The notes beneath the pieces are model-generated. The model was not told the origin of the DNA. It saw only the letters and a program-made list of their open reading frames with translations, and ran no database searches. A stretch of 64,000 nt of DNA, from positions 24,187 to 88,186 of the forward strand of contig CAVXQL010000010.1 of NCBI GenBank assembly GCA_963763995.1, written 5' to 3'. How positions within the stretch are numbered: position 1 is the stretch's first letter; each line of letters opens with the position of its first letter. Shown piece by piece: positions 56,681-64,000 of the stretch. Both the position numbers and the translations under genes were made by a program. This stretch comes from an uncultured Verrucomicrobiae bacterium. Lineage in GTDB: Bacteria; Verrucomicrobiota; Verrucomicrobiia; Chthoniobacterales; UBA10450.

Positions 56681-56761
56681 ACGCGCCCTCACCGCTCCAA
56701 TCGCGGGAGAAAATACTAAATCAGGAGAGTCTTTGCCGGCTCGTTGGAACTGAAATTATTC

Positions 56762-57463
56762 ATGCAAAAAAATCGTAGTAAACGTTATCGCGCCGCCGCC
56801 GAACAGGTGGACCGGAGCAAGACCTATAATCTACCGGAAGCGGTTTCGACATTGAAGAAACTGCCGCCAACGAAGTTCGATCAGACCGTCACCATGGCGT
56901 TTCGGTTAGGCGTCGATCCGAAGCAATCCGATCAGATGGTACGAGGCACCTGCCCTCTTCCTCACGGCAGCGGGAAAGCCGTGCGCGTGCTGGTTTTTGC
57001 GGAAGGCCAGGCGGCGAAGGCGGCGAAGGATGCTGGTGCGGAATTTGTTGGCTTCAAGGACATGGTTCAAAAATGCCAGGAAGGCTTTCAGGATTTCGAT
57101 GTCGCGATTGCGACGCCGGCGGCGATGGCGGAAGTCCGCAAACTCGGCAAGGTGCTTGGTCCACGCGGCCTGATGCCGAATCCGAAGACCGGCACGGTGA
57201 CTGACGATACCGCGAAAGCGGTAGGGGAAGTGAAGGCAGGTCGAGTGGAATTCAAGCTCGACAAGAACGGCAACGTGGCGGTGCCGGTGGGAAAATTTTC
57301 ATTCGACGAAAAAGCTTTGGTGGAAAACGGGACGGCCGTGATCGAAGCGGTGGTTCGCGCTCGTCCGGCGACCGCCAAGGGGAAATTTGTGGAAGGGATG
57401 ACGCTGAGCGCGACGATGTCGCCTGGCCTGCACCTCGATCCTTCGCCGTATCTCACCACGTAG
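56762..57463 (+). CDS. rplA: 50S ribosomal protein L1
   Basis: Start taken at ATG 56762 ([17 protein letters not shown]). Contains [25 protein letters not shown]. Confidence 0.97.
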   Translation: MQKNRSKRYRAAAEQVDRSKTYNLPEAVSTLKKLPPTKFDQTVTMAFRLGVDPKQSDQMVRGTCPLPHGSGKAVRVLVFAEGQAAKAAKDAGAEFVGFKDMVQKCQEGFQDFDVAIATPAAMAEVRKLGKVLGPRGLMPNPKTGTVTDDTAKAVGEVKAGRVEFKLDKNGNVAVPVGKFSFDEKALVENGTAVIEAVVRARPATAKGKFVEGMTLSATMSPGLHLDPSPYLTT

Positions 57464-57499
57464 CGGTCTCAACTTAACAACACGTAACTTTCTTCCATC

Positions 57500-58150
57500 A
57501 TGAGACCTGAAAAAGCCCTGATCGTTTCCGACCTTGCGGAAAAACTGACGGCCTCTCCCTTTTTGCTGGTGACCGATTATCAGCGAATGAAGGTCGACCA
57601 GTTCGGCGAATTGCGGAATCGCCTGGCACCGACTGGCGCTGAAGTGCATGTGATCAAGAACAGTTTCTTGAAGCGCGCAATGGCGGATAGTGGTTTCCCG
57701 GATGTCGCGGACAAACTGACTGGTCAAACGGCGGTTGTCACGGGCCGAGCCGATGTCGCACCTGTGGCTAAAGTGCTCAAGACTTTCGCGGCTGAATTCA
57801 AGGTCGCATCGCTGAAAATTGGCGTGATCAATCGCGAGATTTTGTCGACTGCCGATGTCGAGGCGCTGGCCGACCTGCCGGCGCGCGACGTTTTACTTGC
57901 TCAGCTTCTTGGCGTTTTGCTTGCACCGGCGACGAAACTTGTTCGCGTGCTGAATGAACCCGCGTCTTCCCTGGCGCGACTCTTGAGCGCGAAGGCGGAA
58001 AAAGGGGATGCGAAAGTCGCGGCTGAGAAACCTGTTGCGGCCGAGGCTGCGGCCAGTCCAAGTGAGCCGAGTAGCGAATCCGCTCCGACTGAACCGAAAA
58101 CAGAATCAACTGAAGGAGAAGCGCCGGCCCCCGAAGCGGTCGGCTCGTAA
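57500..58150 (+). CDS. rplJ: 50S ribosomal protein L10 with Ala/Glu/Pro-rich C-terminal extension
   Basis: 216 aa with an L10 core to about residue 170, then KAEKGDAKVAAEKPVAAEAAASPSEPSSESAPTEPKTESTEGEAPAPEAVGS. Confidence 0.93.
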   Translation: MRPEKALIVSDLAEKLTASPFLLVTDYQRMKVDQFGELRNRLAPTGAEVHVIKNSFLKRAMADSGFPDVADKLTGQTAVVTGRADVAPVAKVLKTFAAEFKVASLKIGVINREILSTADVEALADLPARDVLLAQLLGVLLAPATKLVRVLNEPASSLARLLSAKAEKGDAKVAAEKPVAAEAAASPSEPSSESAPTEPKTESTEGEAPAPEAVGS

Positions 58151-58276
58151 AAACGAAGAAAATTTCACCGCGTCGCGATTGGCGCGGAGAAGAAAAAACA
58201 AACAACCGTCCGGTCCGGCAGCTGCCGGGCTTAATTCTCCGAAGGCTTTCGGATGCGGCGACTAGAGGAAAATAAA

Positions 58277-58663
58277 ATGGCAGATACAAATGCAATTGTG
58301 GAGCAACTCAGCGGCCTGACCGTTCTCGAGGTTGCCGGTCTGGTGAAGCAACTCGAAGAGAAGTGGGGCGTGAGCGCAGCGGCGCCAGTCGCCATGGCTG
58401 CGCCCGCGGCAGGCGGCGGCGGTGCGGCGGCAGCTCCCGCGGAAGAGAAAACGACTTTCGAAGTCATTCTGAAAGAAATGGGCGCGAACAAAATCGGCGT
58501 GATCAAGGAAGTGCGCGGCGCAGTGCCGGGTCTTGGCCTGGCCGAGGCGAAAGCGCTTGTCGAAGGCGCGCCAAAGACTCTGAAGGAAGGCGTGACCAAG
58601 GCCGAAGCCGAAGAGATCAAGAAGAAGATCGAAGCGGCCGGCGCGAAAGTCGAAATCAAGTAG
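58277..58663 (+). CDS. rplL: 50S ribosomal protein L7/L12
   Basis: Start taken at ATG 58277 ([32 protein letters not shown]), followed by an Ala/Gly hinge and the C-terminal domain. Confidence 0.97.
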   Translation: MADTNAIVEQLSGLTVLEVAGLVKQLEEKWGVSAAAPVAMAAPAAGGGGAAAAPAEEKTTFEVILKEMGANKIGVIKEVRGAVPGLGLAEAKALVEGAPKTLKEGVTKAEAEEIKKKIEAAGAKVEIK

Positions 58664-58989
58664 ATCCAATTTTGATGGAGGGGCACTCCCGGATCGTCCA
58701 CTTAACCAGTGGGTGAACGCGATCGGACGTGTCCCTTCATCAAGAAAGAATTTGCGCGGCGGCGGATTCTCTTTATCATTCTTTTTCGTTAGAAGTAGTC
58801 AGCCTTATTTTTAACCCTTCACTCGACGGCAGAAGCACAAATCGGCAACAGAACAGCGGAGGTCAATTTGACAGCCTGCTGTTTTGCTGTCATTTTTGCG
58901 CCCCTCGCTTTCGGTTAACGCCGTAAATCCTGCACCCCCGCGGTCCCCGTCCGCGATTCGGCGAACGGTGCAACTATTGGTTAGTAATT

Positions 58990-61900
58990 ATGTCAGAACG
59001 TATCTACTTCGGAACCATTAAAGAGGGAATTGAGCCTCCCAACCTGATCGAGGTTCAACTTAATTCCTACGTCGATTTCCTGCAAAAGGATGTTCCGTTT
59101 TCCAAGCGGAAAATGACCGGTTTGCAGGCCGTCTTTAAGGAAGTTTTTCCGATCGAGAGTTACGACGAAAAGGCAACCCTTGATTTCAGCCACTATGAGA
59201 TCGGCGAACCAAAGCTGAGCGCGCTCGAAGCGCAGCGCGAAGGCCAAACTTTTAGCGCGCCACTGCACGTCACCTTTCAACTCCGCGAAGAAAAGGGGAC
59301 AAAGGAGGAAAAAGTTTACATGGGCGAGATCCCGCTCATGACGCCGCAGGGCACGTTCGTGATCAATGGCGCCGAGCGCGTCGTCGTTAGCCAATTGCAT
59401 CGGTCGCCGGGAATCGCGTTCGAGTCGAGCATTCACTTGAACGGGAAAGTCCTCTACAGTTTCCGCATTATCCCGGATCGCGGTTCCTGGATCGAAGTGC
59501 AGTTCGATACCAGCGATCTCCTGTATATTTATCTCGATCGCCGCAAACGCCGTCGCAAATTTCTCGCCACCACTTTCCTCCGCGCTCTCGGATACGGCCC
59601 GGATGAAGATGTCATCAAACTTTTTTACACAATCGAGAAGCTGAAGCTGAGTGAGAAGCTGGAAGAGGAAGCGCTTGCGACCAAGGTTTTGATCGCGGAT
59701 GTGCTCGACGGCGAAGTGACCGTTGCGCGTGCCTTCGAGCCGCTGACGCTGGCGACCGTTCGCCAGATCATGGCTCTCGGCGTTCATGACGTGCAGGTGA
59801 TCGATATTTCCAACGACGACTCTGTCGTCAAGGCGTTGAAAAAGGATCCCGCGCATGATCAGGAAGAAGCGCTCAAAGATATTTACCGGAAGCTGCGGCC
59901 CGGCGACCCCCCGACGGTGGCGAATGCCCGCGCATTGCTGAAGCGCCTCTTCTTTGATCCGAAAAAATACGATCTTGGCCGCGTCGGTCGCTACAAGCTC
60001 AATCAGAAGCTCGGGATCGATGTCGACCTCGCCGAACGCATTCTGACGGATAAGGACTTCATCGCCGCGATCAAGTACCTGATCAACCTGCGCCGCGGTG
60101 AGGGGACGCTCGATGACATCGACCATTTGGGCAGCCGTCGCGTCCGAACGGTTGGCGAGTTGCTCGCGAATCAGTGCCGCGTCGGGCTCGCGAGGACGGA
60201 GCGTTTGGTGAAGGAGCGCATGACGCTGTTCGACGTCAACATCGACGGCATGACACCGCAGAAGTTAATCAACCCCAAGGCGCTGAGCGCAGTGGTTCGA
60301 GATTTCTTTGGCCGGTCGCAACTTTCGCAATTCATGGATCAAACCAATCCGCTCGCGGAACTGACGCACAAACGGCGTCTTTCCGCCCTCGGACCCGGCG
60401 GTTTGAGCCGCGATCGCGCCGGCTTCGAAGTACGCGACGTTCATCCATCTCACTACGGGCGCATTTGCCCGATCGAAACGCCGGAAGGCCCGAACATCGG
60501 GCTCATTAGTTCGATGAGCACGTTTGCGCGGATCAATGAGTTTGGCTTCATTGAAACGCCATATCGTAAGGTGGAAAAAGGCCGCGTCACTGATCAGATC
60601 GATTATTTGACCGGAGATCGCGAAGAGAATTTTCTGGTCGCGCAAGCGAACGCACCAATGGACGCGAAAGGCCATTTCACGGGCGAGAAAGTTTCCGTTC
60701 GGTATCGCGGCGACTTCCTCGAAGTCGAACCTTCAAAAGTCCACTACATGGATGTGTCGCCGAAGCAGTTGGTTTCGGTGGCGGCTGGTCTGATTCCGTT
60801 CCTCGAGCACGATGACGCTAATCGCGCGCTGATGGGTTCAAACATGCAGCGGCAGGGCGTTCCATTGATTGTTTCGGAATCGCCTCTCGTCGGAACCGGT
60901 CTGGAAGGCAAGGTTGCGCGCGATTCACACGCCGTCGTTTTGGCAACCGAAAGCGGCAAAGTTGCTTCAGTAACGGCGGACCAGATCGTGGTCACAAAAG
61001 ACGGCCACATGCCCGAAGGGCGCAAGAAGTTGAAGACCGATCATGAAGCCGGCGTGCAGGTTTATGAGATGCGGAAATTCATGCGCTCGAATGCGGGTAC
61101 CTGCGTGAATCAAAAACCGATCGTGAAGAAAGGGCAGCACGTGAAGAAAGGGCAAGTCATCGCCGACGGCCCAAATACCGACCAGGGTGAGCTCGCACTT
61201 GGTCGCAACGTCCTCGTCGCATTCATGCCGTGGAACGGCTACAACTTCGAAGATGCGATCATGATCTCGGAGAAGGTCGTGAAGGAGGACATCTACACCT
61301 CCATTCACATTGACGAATTCGAAATCGGAGCTCGAGACACGAAACTGGGTCCGGAAGAAATCACGCGCGATATTCCCAATGTCAGCGAGGAAGCGTTGCG
61401 TAATTTGGGACCTGATGGCGTGGTGCGGGTGGGCGCCGAAGTGAAGCCAGGCGATATTCTTGTCGGCAAAATTACGCCGAAGAGCGAGACGGAGCTGGCG
61501 CCGGAAGAACGATTGCTCCGCGCGATTTTCGGCGAAAAGGCGGCGGACGTGAAAGACACTTCGCTGACGGTTCCTTCCGGGACCTACGGCATCGTTATGG
61601 ACGTGAAAGTTTCGTCGCGTCGCGAAGTTGCACGCGAAAAGCTCACGCCCACGGAAACGAAGCGTCAGCTCAAATCGATTACGGAAGAGCATCGGAAGAA
61701 AAAAGACGAGTTGACCGAGCAATTGACGGATTCGCTTTCGAACATCCTTCTCGGCGAAAAAATTCCGCTCGATGTCGTCAACGCCGAAACGGGGGAAATC
61801 ATTATTCCTGCCAATCGCAAGATCACGAAGACGCTGCTGCGCAAACTCGCGAACGTTTACGATCACATCGAAATCGATCCGAGCCCGATCCGAAACAAGA

Positions 61901-62784
61901 TTCGCGAGATCATTGCGTCCTACGAACACAAATTTGCCGAGCTCGAACTCGATCGAGAGCGTTCGATGGATCGCGTTGAAAGCGGCGATGACATCGATCC
62001 CGGCATCATCAAGCAGGTTAAAGTTTTCATCGCCAGCAAACGCAAGCTCAGCGTTGGCGACAAGATGGCCGGCCGCCACGGGAACAAGGGCGTTGTCGCC
62101 CGAATCGTGCCGGAAGAAGACATGCCGTTTCTGGCGGACGGAACACCGGTCGAGATCGTGCTCAATCCGCTCGGAGTGCCGAGCCGTATGAACGTCGGTC
62201 AGGTGCTCGAAACGCACCTGGGCGTCGCTGCCAAAGCGCTCGGCTTCAAAGTTGCCACTCCCGTGTTCGACGGAATCGCTGAACCCAAAATCCGTGAGTA
62301 TTTGAACGACGCGAAAAAAGTCGATGGTTTTACCTGGGTGCAGGAAACCGGCAAGGCGAAACTGAATGACGGGCGCACCGGCGATCCGTTCGATCAGGAA
62401 GTCGTCGTTGGCTATATCTACATGATGAAGCTCGGCCACTTGGTCGCGGACAAGATCCATGCCCGTGCGGTTGGTCCGTACTCGCTCGTCACGCAGCAAC
62501 CGCTCGGCGGCAAGGCGCAATACGGCGGCCAGCGCTTCGGCGAAATGGAAGTGTGGGCCCTCGAAGCCTACGGCGCGGCTTACACTTTGCAGGAATTGCT
62601 GACCGTGAAATCCGACGATGTGCAAGGGCGGACGCGGATCTACGAATCCATCGTCAAGGGCGATAACTCGCTCGAGGCGGGGACACCCGAATCTTTCAAT
62701 GTGTTGATCAAGGAAATGCAGTCGTTAGGCCTCGACGTCAAAGTCGGCGGTCAGGCGCCAGCATTCCTTGAGAGCGTAGCTTAA
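58990..62784 (+). CDS. rpoB: DNA-directed RNA polymerase subunit beta
   Basis: 1264 aa containing [26 protein letters not shown] and [13 protein letters not shown] motifs. Confidence 0.99.
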   Translation: MSERIYFGTIKEGIEPPNLIEVQLNSYVDFLQKDVPFSKRKMTGLQAVFKEVFPIESYDEKATLDFSHYEIGEPKLSALEAQREGQTFSAPLHVTFQLREEKGTKEEKVYMGEIPLMTPQGTFVINGAERVVVSQLHRSPGIAFESSIHLNGKVLYSFRIIPDRGSWIEVQFDTSDLLYIYLDRRKRRRKFLATTFLRALGYGPDEDVIKLFYTIEKLKLSEKLEEEALATKVLIADVLDGEVTVARAFEPLTLATVRQIMALGVHDVQVIDISNDDSVVKALKKDPAHDQEEALKDIYRKLRPGDPPTVANARALLKRLFFDPKKYDLGRVGRYKLNQKLGIDVDLAERILTDKDFIAAIKYLINLRRGEGTLDDIDHLGSRRVRTVGELLANQCRVGLARTERLVKERMTLFDVNIDGMTPQKLINPKALSAVVRDFFGRSQLSQFMDQTNPLAELTHKRRLSALGPGGLSRDRAGFEVRDVHPSHYGRICPIETPEGPNIGLISSMSTFARINEFGFIETPYRKVEKGRVTDQIDYLTGDREENFLVAQANAPMDAKGHFTGEKVSVRYRGDFLEVEPSKVHYMDVSPKQLVSVAAGLIPFLEHDDANRALMGSNMQRQGVPLIVSESPLVGTGLEGKVARDSHAVVLATESGKVASVTADQIVVTKDGHMPEGRKKLKTDHEAGVQVYEMRKFMRSNAGTCVNQKPIVKKGQHVKKGQVIADGPNTDQGELALGRNVLVAFMPWNGYNFEDAIMISEKVVKEDIYTSIHIDEFEIGARDTKLGPEEITRDIPNVSEEALRNLGPDGVVRVGAEVKPGDILVGKITPKSETELAPEERLLRAIFGEKAADVKDTSLTVPSGTYGIVMDVKVSSRREVAREKLTPTETKRQLKSITEEHRKKKDELTEQLTDSLSNILLGEKIPLDVVNAETGEIIIPANRKITKTLLRKLANVYDHIEIDPSPIRNKIREIIASYEHKFAELELDRERSMDRVESGDDIDPGIIKQVKVFIASKRKLSVGDKMAGRHGNKGVVARIVPEEDMPFLADGTPVEIVLNPLGVPSRMNVGQVLETHLGVAAKALGFKVATPVFDGIAEPKIREYLNDAKKVDGFTWVQETGKAKLNDGRTGDPFDQEVVVGYIYMMKLGHLVADKIHARAVGPYSLVTQQPLGGKAQYGGQRFGEMEVWALEAYGAAYTLQELLTVKSDDVQGRTRIYESIVKGDNSLEAGTPESFNVLIKEMQSLGLDVKVGGQAPAFLESVA

Positions 62785-62812
62785 TTTTTTTGAAACAAGA
62801 TCTCATAAAATC

Positions 62813-64000
<1,188 letters not shown>

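Overview
GC-rich 64-kb bacterial chromosomal segment made up almost entirely of housekeeping genes. From protein signatures and repeat types I infer, without proof, a Verrucomicrobiota-like organism. Gene order, left to right: hicAB; two coupled unknowns; HAD hydrolase; prs-rplY-pth-rpsF-ssb; dprA-topoisomerase III; EEP nuclease; nrdR; HIT; L,D-transpeptidase; secA; ridA; pyrE; Bacillus-type sdhCAB; DedA-PAP2 fusion; ispE; pyrF; lipoate-ligase-like; ispB; radC-lpxA; pgeF; DUF5069; GH26-like; OsmC; deoxyhypusine-synthase-like plus hldD; cobalamin riboswitch plus btuB-like receptor; rmuC; orphan; TolB-like/TPR protein; DUF885; ctpA; tsaD; ispA; ECF sigma plus anti-sigma-VWA; EamA; TPR; then tRNA-Thr-tuf-tRNA-Trp-secE-nusG-rplK-[3.8-kb insert]-rplA-rplJ-rplL-rpoB-rpoC (cut by the window end). 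I found no defence island, prophage, CRISPR array or transposase. The interesting content is at the DNA level. (1) The octamer TCGTTAGG(C)/(G)CCTAACGA occurs 14 times by my hand count, in three codon phases and in non-coding DNA. (2) Three palindromic repeat families are present. A GTCATCC..GGATGAC MITE-like element has 4 copies, one a 78-bp in-frame insertion in tsaD and one supplying the tsaD start codon. GTAG-type REP/REPIN hairpins and a third hairpin element both show compensatory stem changes. (3) Six reading-frame breaks (hicA, rplY, rmuC x2, tsaD, a DUF885 paralog) are each repairable by removing one base, so they are more likely sequence errors than biology. (4) The normally contiguous rplK-rplA pair is interrupted by three unrelated genes. 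All counts and coordinates were derived by eye from the sequence and need computational confirmation.
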